IMG/VR virus record: IMGVR_UViG_3300030109_005594 | Coordinates: 1 to 46,769 of that record | DNA from: a virus | Taxonomy: Duplodnaviria > Caudoviricetes | Direction: 5' to 3' (one strand) | DNA length: 46,769 nt | Part shown: positions 9,377-18,996 of the stretch, piece by piece | How the letters are laid out: each line of letters opens with the position of its first letter | Position numbering within the stretch: position 1 is the stretch's first letter | Position numbers and translations under genes: made by a program | Notes under the pieces: model-generated | Told to the model about the DNA's origin: nothing | Seen by the model: the letters and a program-made list of their open reading frames with translations, nothing else | Database searches by the model: none

Positions 9377-9814
9377 TTATTTCTCCACATAAATTGTTCC
9401 AGCATTAATAAGACCAAAATGCTGGTAAAACTTGTCTTTTCGATCAATATCGCCAGAAAAAACGTGACCCATGCGAACTGGGATCTTATTTTCTCTGCCA
9501 ACTTTCAAAAATTCTTTAATTAACATGAAAGCTGCTCGGCTTTTACGATGATCTGGAAAAACATAAAAAAACAAATCCCCCAAATAAGGTTTGTCTGACC
9601 ACCAGTCAGTTCCTGTCAGTCCACCAACAGCCCCTGTCAACTCTTTTTCGTTGTGCGTCACAAAACAAACGCCACGATGAATAACCTCATTAATTTTGCC
9701 AATTAAAGTTTCACTCACAATTGGAGGCACTTCCAATTCAGTCTCTTTGTGCATCTGATTTAGCATCAAATAAATTGCCGACACATCGAGTGGATTTGCA
9801 TGACGCAACTCCAT
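9377..9814 (-). CDS. GNAT-family acetyltransferase
   Basis: MELRHANPLD start, FFYVFPDHRKSRAA acetyl-CoA loop, FYQHFGL C-terminal motif. Confidence 0.8.
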   Translation of the reverse strand: MELRHANPLDVSAIYLMLNQMHKETELEVPPIVSETLIGKINEVIHRGVCFVTHNEKELTGAVGGLTGTDWWSDKPYLGDLFFYVFPDHRKSRAAFMLIKEFLKVGRENKIPVRMGHVFSGDIDRKDKFYQHFGLINAGTIYVEK

Positions 9815-9816
9815 CT

Positions 9817-10302
9817 TTAAACGTTACCCAGTGCACCAAGCTCCTCCTCTGCCGGAGACTCATCATCAACTTCTCTCATCTCCATAAATCCCTCCTGCTC
9901 CATCGCATTGAATAGTTGACCCATTTCTGGCAACAGTCGAAGCACAATCGGAGCAACTTCAGGGGTAATAATTTTATCCAGTTCTTGCAACTCACTACGA
10001 TCCAAATTTGCCAACCGAGCCATCAACACAGTCGTGATTTCAGGATCAGGCTGCATCAACGCCTCTTTTGCCTCTGGAGGCATTTCTGCCATCGGGTCCA
10101 TAGGCATCATATCGCTTTCTGGAGGCATCATTGGCATTTGATCCATTGGCATTGGCATTTGATCCATTGGCATTGGCATTGCCATTTGATCCATAGGCAT
10201 CATGCCCATCGGGTCCATAGGCATTTCATTCATCGGCATCGGAGACATTGGTGGTACCTCTACTTTTTCTCGTGACATCATTTCATCTGGGTTCATTGCC
10301 AT
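9817..10302 (-). CDS. Met/Pro-rich hypothetical virion-module protein
   Basis: Start reassigned to MAMNPDE (AAGGA RBS); MPMDQ/MPMDP repeats; ends EEELGALGNV. Confidence 0.7.
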   Translation of the reverse strand: MAMNPDEMMSREKVEVPPMSPMPMNEMPMDPMGMMPMDQMAMPMPMDQMPMPMDQMPMMPPESDMMPMDPMAEMPPEAKEALMQPDPEITTVLMARLANLDRSELQELDKIITPEVAPIVLRLLPEMGQLFNAMEQEGFMEMREVDDESPAEEELGALGNV

Positions 10303-10303
10303 T

Positions 10304-11716
10304 TTATTTTCCTTTGACGTAAAGTTTTTCCCAATTTTCATTCGGAGTGCAACATGCACCAATCATCCAACATACCGGCTCAAGCACCAATCGGTACAAT
10401 TTGCCCAAATAGTCTGGCTTTTTTCTTAATCCATAAAAATACTCAATTTCATTAGCACGATGAGTTGCAATGTGGTGCCAGAATTTAACCATCTTGCCCT
10501 GCCTCATTTGATTTACCACTGCAATAGCCCACAAATGATAACCTCTCTCGTGCTGATCCGATAGGTGCTGGTGGGTAAATTTGTAGCTGATCATTACCTG
10601 CCGTCTTGTCATCAGACCTTGACGCTCCAACTCATTACAGATAACCGATTTCGCAGCTTTTTCAAGTTTTTTACCAGCTCGTTTTAATTCTTTTTCAGTT
10701 TTCTTTCCAACTTTTTCAACAGCCTTAAAAGCCGGGTCTGCAAAAGTTTGCCCAAAAAATGCACCTGTGGGTCCACCAAGAAGAAATCCGATGTAATAAC
10801 CTGCAGCCGTTTTCGCAGCACTTTCTGCAGCTCGTCTTGGCTTCATTCCCATTGCTAATCCAATAGCAAAATCACCTGCTGCAGCTCCTGCAGCCCCATA
10901 TGTTCCTGTTTTAAATTCAGCCGTTCCGGGAGTTGCACGACTTGCCACCCTGCTACCGTAAGTACTTTCTGGAACTAACAATGGGGCTGTTTGTGCTCCT
11001 GCTGTTGTTGTTGATAAAGCATCAGGATCAAAACCAGACATAAAAGGTTGTGATCCTGATGATGGTGGTGCTGATGGTGCTGATGGTGCTTGTGCAATTC
11101 TAACTTTTGGGTCAAATCCAAGGTCTGTTTTCTCTTTAAGAGTAAGTTTAGGTGTTTCTTTAGGCAATGTTTGCATTGGGTCTACAACAGATTGCTCCAA
11201 TTGATCTAATCTTAGATTTGTTAAATCTCCTGATTCTACAAGATCTCTTGCAGTTGCCTGTGCTTTAGCAACTTGTCGTGAGGGTAGCTGCCCTCCGGGT
11301 AAAATCCCTTCCTTAACACCCTCAAAAATTTTTGTTGGTACACTAGCCGTTTGTAGATACGGATCTGCAAATGCTTGACCGATTCCTGACCCAGTGCTTG
11401 TGACAAACGGAGCTAAAACCTGTGCGGCTACTTCCTTAGTTGATGGCAACCCCTCAACTTGGGCAATTTCATCGTACTGCATAGCCAAATCAACATCTTC
11501 AGGGTTATAAGGGTCATATTGACGTTGCCCAGTTTTAATCATTTCAATCCATTGCAAGGCTGGCAACGCTGCTGTTCCATACTGAGATTGCAAATTAAAT
11601 AAATTTGTATCAGAAACATCTGCCACACGGGATTGAAAAACATCAAAAGTTCTTGAAGGATCTGATTGATCTTCAAAAAAGTTTAATGCCCCTATATTTT
11701 CTTGTCCTAAAGCCAT
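10304..11716 (-). CDS. putative internal virion protein with C-terminal VICNEL...GYHLWA domain
   Basis: 470 aa; Gly/Ala hydrophobic segment followed by a Cys-initiated C-terminal domain. Confidence 0.6.
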   Translation of the reverse strand: MALGQENIGALNFFEDQSDPSRTFDVFQSRVADVSDTNLFNLQSQYGTAALPALQWIEMIKTGQRQYDPYNPEDVDLAMQYDEIAQVEGLPSTKEVAAQVLAPFVTSTGSGIGQAFADPYLQTASVPTKIFEGVKEGILPGGQLPSRQVAKAQATARDLVESGDLTNLRLDQLEQSVVDPMQTLPKETPKLTLKEKTDLGFDPKVRIAQAPSAPSAPPSSGSQPFMSGFDPDALSTTTAGAQTAPLLVPESTYGSRVASRATPGTAEFKTGTYGAAGAAAGDFAIGLAMGMKPRRAAESAAKTAAGYYIGFLLGGPTGAFFGQTFADPAFKAVEKVGKKTEKELKRAGKKLEKAAKSVICNELERQGLMTRRQVMISYKFTHQHLSDQHERGYHLWAIAVVNQMRQGKMVKFWHHIATHRANEIEYFYGLRKKPDYLGKLYRLVLEPVCWMIGACCTPNENWEKLYVKGK

Positions 11717-11737
11717 AATTTTTCCTTTAAAAACATT

Positions 11738-12061
11738 CTAGCTGATCTCTAGCAAACTGGCTACAACATGCAGTCGATTCGCTGTTGCTGCCTGAAATTT
11801 TAAAACTTCACTCTCCTCAACCACCAGTGGTGCCGTTAACAACTCAACTGTTGTATTAGCTCCAACTGCTTTAACTTTAAACAAACTAAATGCTGCTGAA
11901 GCTGTATCGGTAATCGTAACAGTAATTGTGTCAGCATTACCAGAATCTTCCGAAACCAATATCGATTTAACAATTGCTGTGGTTGCAGCCGGACATGTGT
12001 ACACTGTTGTGACATTAGTGGTTGTCAAATCTGCTTTAGCATTTTTGTAATTGTTTGCCAT
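11738..12061 (-). CDS. small virion structural protein
   Basis: 107 aa, Thr/Val-rich beta-type (VYTCPAATTAIVKSILV...LHVVASLLEI), in the tail module. Confidence 0.65.
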   Translation of the reverse strand: MANNYKNAKADLTTTNVTTVYTCPAATTAIVKSILVSEDSGNADTITVTITDTASAAFSLFKVKAVGANTTVELLTAPLVVEESEVLKFQAATANRLHVVASLLEIS

Positions 12062-12065
12062 CTAT

Positions 12066-12224
12066 TTATCCCATAAACCACGCTGTTGCTTCTGATTGCT
12101 CTGAAGACTCTAACACAGTGCTATTGTTTAGTGATCTCAACTGCAATTCAACTGTTGTAATCAGCCGACTTGCCCAGCTATATGAATAATCAACTAACGG
12201 TGTAGGCAACTTGAAATTAATCAT
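12066..12224 (-). CDS. small tail-module protein (52 aa, MINFKLPTPLVDYSYSWASRL...)
   Basis: Translated by hand; ATGA overlap with the upstream stop; fills the gap exactly. Confidence 0.65.
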   Translation of the reverse strand: MINFKLPTPLVDYSYSWASRLITTVELQLRSLNNSTVLESSEQSEATAWFMG

Positions 12225-14104
12225 CGGATTCCATCCTGTCTCGTATTGATCCGCAAATCACCTAACAGCCAGCTATCACCAACTGCCGAGCTTTCTAATT
12301 TAAATGCCATCTGCCGACCTTTTGCTCGTAAACTTATTTTTGTGCTGCTGGAGTTGATTGTAAATGGACCTTTAGTAATGTCGCTACTATTTGGATATTT
12401 GCGAGTTTTTACTGTCAAATTCAAATCCCCAGTCATTGTTAAATCAGGAACAACTTTATCTACCATAAACAAGTTTTCACCAGAATCGCTAATTTCCAAT
12501 GGAGAGCTTTCGATAAAAGCTGTCATCGCAGAGCCATTATCATCATTCCCAGTTTCATGATCGTACAAATTCCCAGATTTATCAAAAGCAAATGGCACGT
12601 TTTTAAATCCAAATGAGTCATGCCAGCAAGTCCGAGCTAGTGTTCCAACCGTCCAAACCTGATCAACATAGTTGTAACAAACATAACTATCCGGCTCTGG
12701 ATCTGTGTCGGTGTTATCAGTGCTTGCATAAAACCAACAGATCTCATTAAATTGAGCATTGTGAGCTGAAAATATTTTATCCACTTGACTTCGATTTATT
12801 CGATCAAAAACGTAATGTTTTACAGGACATGGCATCTCAGAAATATTTCCATTATAAAAATAAAAATCATCTCGACCCATCCAGTACAGATTAGATTCAA
12901 CATTCGCCATCGCATTGTAACCAATCGCACCACAATTTGTTCCGACCAACCTAAAAGAAAATGTAAATGGAGGTCCGATAAACTGCATTCCGTACACAGC
13001 TTCATCTGTAGAGATAAATGTTTCTTCACGAGTTGAAGCTACTGTCACAATTTTAGTTCCAATTTGTAATCTTTGGCTACCTGCGGTATTGGTGGCTGTA
13101 GGGGTCCACATATCATAGTCTTCTTGATCTGACCATCGCACCTGCATCGGATCTATAATCGATCCACCATACGGCACAGTGCCAGCACTAATCAAGTGTC
13201 TATCAGGGAAAGAAATAATTGTCATACGGTTTTTAGCTGGCACATCACCTGCACCACTGATGCCTGACACTAACGAAGCCCTTGTTGTTAGTCCTACAGA
13301 CAGATCCCAAAAATAAATATCATAATTCCTAGATGTAGCAATTAAATCTTCACCCCACAAGTTTAATGACCACTGTGAAAGCTCAACATCCACCGTCACA
13401 GCTCTGGCAGTTCCCCATGTGCTCAAGCCCCAAGTGCCAGCCCCCCAGCCTGTTGTTCCTGCTCCACCTGTAGTGCCTAATCCTTCTGACAACAAATATG
13501 TTACATCAATCGTAGTACCACCACCCCCAGAAACTGTACTGGTTGCTGCAGAAGGAGCTTCAAATGTAAATGTGTCTGCATCAGCCACTGTAGTTATTTG
13601 AAATCCAGAGTACCGATTCAATGTGTCTGCTAAAACACCTCCTGTTGCGGCTGCAGAATTAATTACGATCCAATCACCGACTGACGCTCCGTGTGAACTG
13701 TCTGTGACTGTCACTGTGGTTGATCCATCTGTTACCGCCAGGGGATTGGATAGATTGCTAGAGGTTGCTCTAACAGGGGTAATGTCATACACCACATCAT
13801 CAAGAATAATATAAAGATGGTCTGAAGTACCCACTGCCATGTAATTTTGATTGTCTGTTATAGATTGCCAATATTTTATAGCTCTTGGAACCCCATGAAT
13901 TACACCTTCTGAGGATCGATCAACATTGCCAGATGCATCTAGCCCATTAAGAGTTTGTTTTTCCCAGCCACCAATTTTTGTTGCATAACCATTCTTAAAT
14001 CTGACTTTGTCAGAGTCAGTCCAAAATGGACCCAGCTTCCCAATAGCATAATTTGTTAAATCTTTTACAACACCGGGTTTTATTTTTAATTGGCTTAAAG
14101 GCAT
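12221..14104 (-). CDS. tail hub / packaged-DNA stabilization protein (P22 gp10 / tubular B-like)
   Basis: 627 aa, beta-propeller-like (VRWSDQEDY, YGMQFIGPPFTF, FNEICWFY, RAKGRQMAFKLES); gene position. Confidence 0.7.
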   Translation of the reverse strand: MPLSQLKIKPGVVKDLTNYAIGKLGPFWTDSDKVRFKNGYATKIGGWEKQTLNGLDASGNVDRSSEGVIHGVPRAIKYWQSITDNQNYMAVGTSDHLYIILDDVVYDITPVRATSSNLSNPLAVTDGSTTVTVTDSSHGASVGDWIVINSAAATGGVLADTLNRYSGFQITTVADADTFTFEAPSAATSTVSGGGGTTIDVTYLLSEGLGTTGGAGTTGWGAGTWGLSTWGTARAVTVDVELSQWSLNLWGEDLIATSRNYDIYFWDLSVGLTTRASLVSGISGAGDVPAKNRMTIISFPDRHLISAGTVPYGGSIIDPMQVRWSDQEDYDMWTPTATNTAGSQRLQIGTKIVTVASTREETFISTDEAVYGMQFIGPPFTFSFRLVGTNCGAIGYNAMANVESNLYWMGRDDFYFYNGNISEMPCPVKHYVFDRINRSQVDKIFSAHNAQFNEICWFYASTDNTDTDPEPDSYVCYNYVDQVWTVGTLARTCWHDSFGFKNVPFAFDKSGNLYDHETGNDDNGSAMTAFIESSPLEISDSGENLFMVDKVVPDLTMTGDLNLTVKTRKYPNSSDITKGPFTINSSSTKISLRAKGRQMAFKLESSAVGDSWLLGDLRINTRQDGIR

Positions 14105-14574
14105 TATTTTCCTAGCTCGAAATGTGGACCATCCAAAAAGGGGCGTTTGCCTGATATGCGTTTAAAATCAATGTAGGCATTCATGGCTTGCTCCATAGTT
14201 CCATCCCAATCGCAGATATTGTCAATGTGCCATGCACAACCCCACCTAACGCTAACACCAGACTCCATAGCCGATTCTTTCATAGCATCTGCTATATCAT
14301 CATAGACCTTAAGCTCCCAGCAACCCCTACCATGAACATATGCCATAAGATCCACAGCCCTACCATAGCCATCTTCCCCGGCTAAATGTTTGCTTTTCAT
14401 TGTCTGACTTGCTTTGCTGTCAAATAACTGTTGCTGACGCTCTACAGTTCTAACTCCCTCTATCACACCAAAATCAATTTTTGTCAGTTGTATGGCTCTA
14501 CGCACAACAGATTGCAAGCTAGGGTTTACCCCTTGCAACCTATTTAAACTTCTTGTGCTTAAATTAAAACCCAT
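14104..14574 (-). CDS. endolysin, peptidase M15 (L-Ala-D-Glu peptidase-like)
   Basis: EGVRTVERQ, SKH...GRAVD, VRWG, DGPHFEL zinc-peptidase motifs. Confidence 0.88.
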   Translation of the reverse strand: MGFNLSTRSLNRLQGVNPSLQSVVRRAIQLTKIDFGVIEGVRTVERQQQLFDSKASQTMKSKHLAGEDGYGRAVDLMAYVHGRGCWELKVYDDIADAMKESAMESGVSVRWGCAWHIDNICDWDGTMEQAMNAYIDFKRISGKRPFLDGPHFELGK

Positions 14575-14981
14575 TATTTTAAACTCTCTCTAGCAACACC
14601 CTTTGACTTTTCAAATGACCTCATTCCACCAAGACCAAGCAAAGACAAAGTTAGCGTCATAAGTTGTTCAGTATTTAATTCAGGGAGAGAAACATCTGGT
14701 GCCCAGATTGCGGTTGCCCACTCTGCAATTGGCATAACAAAAAATTGTGTTAGCAATCCCAAGCAACAGACCCACATGATTGCTGGTCTTGCCCCTGCCA
14801 CAAAAACAGAAGTGCTTTTGGATTGTTCAATGTTTGCTTGCAATTGACCTTTAGCAAGATCTTGGGCATGGCGATCAGCCATCGTTGCCAGCTCATGAGC
14901 TAACTGATTTTTCTGATCTTTGTCTTCAATAAACTTATCAAGTAATTTTGTTGCTGGACCCAGAAGTGCTGCTAATGCCAT
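14574..14981 (-). CDS. holin, 3TM (GTA_holin_3TM-like)
   Basis: LDKFIEDKDQK, FVAGARPAIMW, LLGLGGMRSFEK motifs; next to the endolysin. Confidence 0.85.
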   Translation of the reverse strand: MALAALLGPATKLLDKFIEDKDQKNQLAHELATMADRHAQDLAKGQLQANIEQSKSTSVFVAGARPAIMWVCCLGLLTQFFVMPIAEWATAIWAPDVSLPELNTEQLMTLTLSLLGLGGMRSFEKSKGVARESLK

Positions 14982-15132
14982 TGCGTTTTTCCTTTGCTAT
15001 CCAATCTTCCGCTTCTTGCTTCGTTTTAAAATTGTTTCGCACACGAGTTTCATTTGGAATTGTCCAAGAATTATTTGTTGTTCTCCATGTTCCAAATTCA
15101 CAAATGTACGCATACCATTCATCACTTTCCAT
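14938..15132 (-). CDS. small hypothetical protein
   Basis: Start reassigned to MESDEWY; overlaps both neighbours in the operon. Confidence 0.5.
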   Translation of the reverse strand: MESDEWYAYICEFGTWRTTNNSWTIPNETRVRNNFKTKQEAEDWIAKEKRNGISSTSGSSNKIT

Positions 15133-15502
15133 TCTTTCTAGCCCAAGCCGTGGATATGACAAAACTAGAGACAATTCCGACATTTGCAACTACATAAGTG
15201 GAAAGCAACGCTGTTATCATTTCAACTCGCTGTAACGGGATTATTGGAGTTAATAATATCAAAAGAAAGCCAATTGAGGAAATACTAGACACCCAGCATA
15301 AATATCTTTGTTGATCCAGCATTTTTTCCGCATGTTCAATTTGTAATTCTTCACGCTTTGCTTCCATCATGCGGTGATGAGTTTCCATTTCAGCATCAGA
15401 AATTATTCCATTTTTGTCGGCATCGACCGATTCGTAGATGGATTTTTCTTCTAATTTTTTATTAGTCAACTCTTCCAATCCTATCGTAAAAATGCTCACC
15501 AC
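15122..15502 (-). CDS. membrane protein with EF-hand-like loop
   Basis: DADKNGIISDAE loop and two C-terminal hydrophobic helices; true start may be ~15470. Confidence 0.6.
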   Translation of the reverse strand: MVSIFTIGLEELTNKKLEEKSIYESVDADKNGIISDAEMETHHRMMEAKREELQIEHAEKMLDQQRYLCWVSSISSIGFLLILLTPIIPLQRVEMITALLSTYVVANVGIVSSFVISTAWARKNGK

Positions 15503-15996
15503 TTCCCTGCTTTTTTGCCCATGTCGATCATCAAATCAATCATAAACCAAATCATAAAACCACCGAATCCTAGTATTGCAATCACTGTAGCCCAATGAAA
15601 AATGTCATCAATCTTTTTTTTCTTTAGTGCAATTTCCCTTTCTTGAGCTAATTTCTGCTCTCGGATCATACTCTGCCGAGTCTTTAAAAAATCTTTCCAA
15701 ATCTGCCCACCATCTGGATATGGACCCCATAATAATTTTTGTTTTATATCTGCCAGTGCCTGTCTAGCATTTCTCTCTGCTGTTACTATATTCATAGCTT
15801 GCTCGTTAAGAGACTTGTTCTTTCCTTTTCCTACCTCTTTTTTTGCTTTGGATAAAGTTTCTGTGTGATCAAATAATTTCCCCAAGTCCTTCGTAACGTC
15901 ATTTACATCCCTAGCAGCGGCAATGCCTGACTTGACTAGCTCGGCAGCCTTAGTAACTCCTGCAATGGCAAGACCAATCGTAGCAGGATCTAGCAC
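15496..15996 (-). CDS. hypothetical membrane-anchored coiled-coil protein
   Basis: MLDPATIGLA start and a C-terminal TM helix; in the lysis region. Confidence 0.7.
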   Translation of the reverse strand: MLDPATIGLAIAGVTKAAELVKSGIAAARDVNDVTKDLGKLFDHTETLSKAKKEVGKGKNKSLNEQAMNIVTAERNARQALADIKQKLLWGPYPDGGQIWKDFLKTRQSMIREQKLAQEREIALKKKKIDDIFHWATVIAILGFGGFMIWFMIDLMIDMGKKAGKW

Positions 15997-16006
15997 TCAT
16001 AGTCCC

Positions 16007-16156
16007 TCAATCAATGACCATGGCTAATAAAAATAAAATAATCGCTCCTGCAGTGCTAATCATAATCATTTCTAACCTTTTTATCCGGTTCAAAATTTCA
16101 AGCCACCGCTCCTCAGAGACTGCTTGATGTTTTTTAAATTCAATTTCTAAATCCAT
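16007..16156 (-). CDS. small coiled-coil plus TM protein (49 aa, MDLEIEFKKHQAVSEERW...)
   Basis: Translated by hand; XhlA/holin-like layout (H.A.SEER, RIKRLE, then TM helix). Confidence 0.65.
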   Translation of the reverse strand: MDLEIEFKKHQAVSEERWLEILNRIKRLEMIMISTAGAIILFLLAMVID

Positions 16157-16157
16157 G

Positions 16158-16280
16158 TTACTTTTCCGACATACTTTCGTAAACTAAGTAAATCATTGCT
16201 ACGCCAAATCCCACTAGACCTAATCCTGCTAGTAAGGAAAAAACAATGTCTACCACCATAATGACCTTAAAACAGTCCAT
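16158..16280 (-). CDS. small TM peptide (40 aa, MDCFKVIMVVDIVFSLLAGLG...)
   Basis: Translated by hand; one hydrophobic helix; fills the gap. Confidence 0.45.
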   Translation of the reverse strand: MDCFKVIMVVDIVFSLLAGLGLVGFGVAMIYLVYESMSEK

Positions 16281-16294
16281 TGTTTATGTTAAAT

Positions 16295-17941
16295 TTACCC
16301 CCCACCCTCTAGGGCAGAAACTTTTGTTTCTAGGGTTTCTATTTTAGCTATTAGCTGCTTAATCACTGAAACGTACATAGCGTCTTTCTCGGTCAATTTG
16401 CTAGTGTAAGGTCTTTTAATTCCATCCGAGTCGTCAGGAATAAGACTTGCATCGGCATCATCACTTTCAATGGATGTCTTACTTATCCAATAATTATCGA
16501 CAGCCTCAATATCTTGTGCCAAGAATCCCCTCACTCCGGTTTTATTTCCATGGGCTTGTGGATTCTTCCAATCAAAACTTTTTGGGGCGAGCTGTTTGAA
16601 TTTCGCTAGATCGTAAGCATAATCCGAAATATTCTCCTTGAGTCTTGAGTCGGAGTTAGATCCAATTGTTGTGTCAGTTCCGGTCAGTGTGCCGTCCGAT
16701 GCAATCCTAAAATGTTCTGTCAATGTTCCATTCAACGAGCACTGCACTAACCACCGCCCATCTTCCGATCCGTTTGTGTTGTCTTCAATCGCTCCGAACA
16801 TTCTTGCATAACCGTGTCCAGCGGTTGCACTGCCACTATCACCACAGTTGAAAACAAGTGACACCCCACTACCGTTGCTATTTGTGTCTCGTTGCAAAGC
16901 AAAGGGCTGGAACGAAGTGTCCGTAGCACTATTGTTTACAGTGACTGAACCTGTTGAAGAAATTGCGATTGCACTTGCAGTGGTCGCACTACCTATAGTG
17001 CCACCGTCTTTGATAGTTATGTCTTGTGTAAAACTCACATCGCCACCACTAGCTATGCTAATTGCGTCAGCATCGCTTGCGCTACCTATGGTGCCCCCAT
17101 CTTTTATTACAATATCATCTTTAAAGGTAACAATCCCTGCAGACGATATTGTAATAGCATCATTAGTAGACGCAACACCAATGGTTCCCCCATCTTTAAT
17201 CATAAAGTCGTCTGCTATGGTCAGCAACCCTGCAGAGCTTAGAGACATTTTTTCAGCAGCGGCTTCCGAAGCCGCAGTTTTAAAACTCAGTTTTGTAGCA
17301 TTGTTGCTACTAGAAAAATCACCTTCACTAACCGCTTCTATTCCTGCGGCAACCAATATCGAATCAGTACCTGCACCCTCGTCTGGAGCCTGGAAATTAA
17401 TTACACCCAGCTTATCATCAGCAGCAATATCAGTATCGCCAGTCTGCAATAATAATGTTGCCGGGGTATCGTCACTGGTAGACGGGTTTTTAATCGTTAG
17501 CTGTGTGGCAATGTTCAAATCTACTAACAAATCGTAAACCGCACCACCAGACCCAGCACCATCTGTGGCAACCATTTTTACATCTCCGTTAGGAATATCA
17601 ATCGTTGCACCTGTGCCTTGTTTGATAGTTATAGCTTTACCACCAGTTGTAGCATTTTCAATAACCCATACTTTAGATAATGTATTCGGTGCAAGCGTAA
17701 CTGTTCTGTCAGCACTAAGCGAAGTAGAAGTGACTTTTAAATATAAAGATCTTGCTTCATCTGTTGCACCATCAGCCACCGTAATAGTGGTATTAGCATC
17801 ACTGCCCAAGTTTTCGGTGCCATAGCTAAACGCTTCAGCAATTAACTCTAAATTAGTATTAGTGACAGTTCCCCATGTGCCGGAGGCATCTCCTGTCGCC
17901 ATCTCATTGAGTCGTAAATCATTAACATAACTACTAGCCAT
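16295..17941 (-). CDS. tail fibre with C-terminal Peptidase_S74 intramolecular chaperone
   Basis: N-terminal MASSY...GTWGTVTNTNLELI anchor; internal KDGGTIG repeats; SDSRLKENI, GFLAQDIE and a terminal coiled coil. Confidence 0.88.
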   Translation of the reverse strand: MASSYVNDLRLNEMATGDASGTWGTVTNTNLELIAEAFSYGTENLGSDANTTITVADGATDEARSLYLKVTSTSLSADRTVTLAPNTLSKVWVIENATTGGKAITIKQGTGATIDIPNGDVKMVATDGAGSGGAVYDLLVDLNIATQLTIKNPSTSDDTPATLLLQTGDTDIAADDKLGVINFQAPDEGAGTDSILVAAGIEAVSEGDFSSSNNATKLSFKTAASEAAAEKMSLSSAGLLTIADDFMIKDGGTIGVASTNDAITISSAGIVTFKDDIVIKDGGTIGSASDADAISIASGGDVSFTQDITIKDGGTIGSATTASAIAISSTGSVTVNNSATDTSFQPFALQRDTNSNGSGVSLVFNCGDSGSATAGHGYARMFGAIEDNTNGSEDGRWLVQCSLNGTLTEHFRIASDGTLTGTDTTIGSNSDSRLKENISDYAYDLAKFKQLAPKSFDWKNPQAHGNKTGVRGFLAQDIEAVDNYWISKTSIESDDADASLIPDDSDGIKRPYTSKLTEKDAMYVSVIKQLIAKIETLETKVSALEGGG

Positions 17942-17951
17942 AACTAAACTC

Positions 17952-18368
17952 CTAGTCTATTCTGACAATCGCAGAAGTTCCTGCAGCTGGAAAAACAATT
18001 TTAAATGTTCCCCCACCAATAGTGAAATCAGCACCAAAATCCAACACAGCAATTGCTTTATTTGAATTTGATCCATTGTAAATTAATGCACCTCGTGCGG
18101 TAAAACTAGCTGATGTCCAGGTTGGATCGTCAGCGTCAAAATAAGCTGTGGTGCCAGAAGTTGCAACCGTAGTGCTAGTCAAAGAAACTCCCCCAGCGGT
18201 ATATCCTGTTCCGCTAACCTCGTTGGTTGTTGCGTATGCTGTGGTTGTTGCATCAAGACTTGCACTGCTAGTAAACAAAGCAACTTTTATAGTGTCTGCT
18301 GCAAGATCATGCTGTTCATCCAAAACCTCAGCTTTAAAGCTGGTTACCATTGCTTGTGTAATTGCCAT
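17952..18368 (-). CDS. tail structural protein
   Basis: DTIKVALFT, NEVSGTGYTAGG, TARGALIYN, AIAVLDFG; conserved virion family. Confidence 0.7.
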   Translation of the reverse strand: MAITQAMVTSFKAEVLDEQHDLAADTIKVALFTSSASLDATTTAYATTNEVSGTGYTAGGVSLTSTTVATSGTTAYFDADDPTWTSASFTARGALIYNGSNSNKAIAVLDFGADFTIGGGTFKIVFPAAGTSAIVRID

Positions 18369-18369
18369 C

Positions 18370-18996
18370 CTAAATACCTCCGCTAAATTCTGCTGTGTAA
18401 TTTCTAGCCATTTCTTGTTGAAATAATTTTACCGCCTCATCAAATTGCGTTTTATATAAGGATAGCGTTTCTGCTGCTTTTAGAAAAGCTGAAGTTTCAT
18501 ACAAAGCCGCTGCTAATAAAACATTTTCTGCATGATCTCCTATCCAAGTGTTAGCATTTGATGAAGATAAACCTGTTTCTGGTGCAATAAAATCGACTTG
18601 ATATGCTAAAGTAGCACTAGGTGTTGGAGCCAAGGTTATTACTGTGCCAGAAGTTGTTGCATTCTTCGTGCTGTACATAATTGGTGTGCCAGTTGTAGAT
18701 GAATTTTTCCAATAATCTCTCAGGTAAGAATCAATTCTAGGATCCAAATAATTTACATTGCTACTAGAATTGGTAACTGAAACTTGACGTATCATACGAG
18801 CATTAGCAACTGTGTAATCCGCTGTGCCGACAACTAGTGTTCCAGTGGTTATATTCTTAAAACAAGGTAAACTCGGCAACATTTGAAATATCATTGCCTC
18901 TGCCTGAGTAATAATTGTTGGAATCGAATTAGATAATTCTGTGGAATCATCTTCTACAAAATTCTGTATTGTGCTAACTAATGTTGTGTAATTCAT
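18370..18996 (-). CDS. head-tail adaptor / tubular A-like protein
   Basis: MNYTTLVSTIQNF, GTPIMY, LAPTP, LLAAALYE pattern; gene position. Confidence 0.65.
   Translation of the reverse strand: MNYTTLVSTIQNFVEDDSTELSNSIPTIITQAEAMIFQMLPSLPCFKNITTGTLVVGTADYTVANARMIRQVSVTNSSSNVNYLDPRIDSYLRDYWKNSSTTGTPIMYSTKNATTSGTVITLAPTPSATLAYQVDFIAPETGLSSSNANTWIGDHAENVLLAAALYETSAFLKAAETLSLYKTQFDEAVKLFQQEMARNYTAEFSGGI

Noticed and set aside
9916-10275. His/Trp-rich plus-strand ORF (HWHLIHWH)
   Set aside because: Arises from the reverse complement of the Met-Pro repeat (ATG gives CAT); no independent support
16848-17537. 229-aa plus-strand ORF
   Set aside because: Antisense shadow of the tail fibre with no RBS or motif. 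The same applies to most plus-strand ORFs between 4.3 and 40.9 kb
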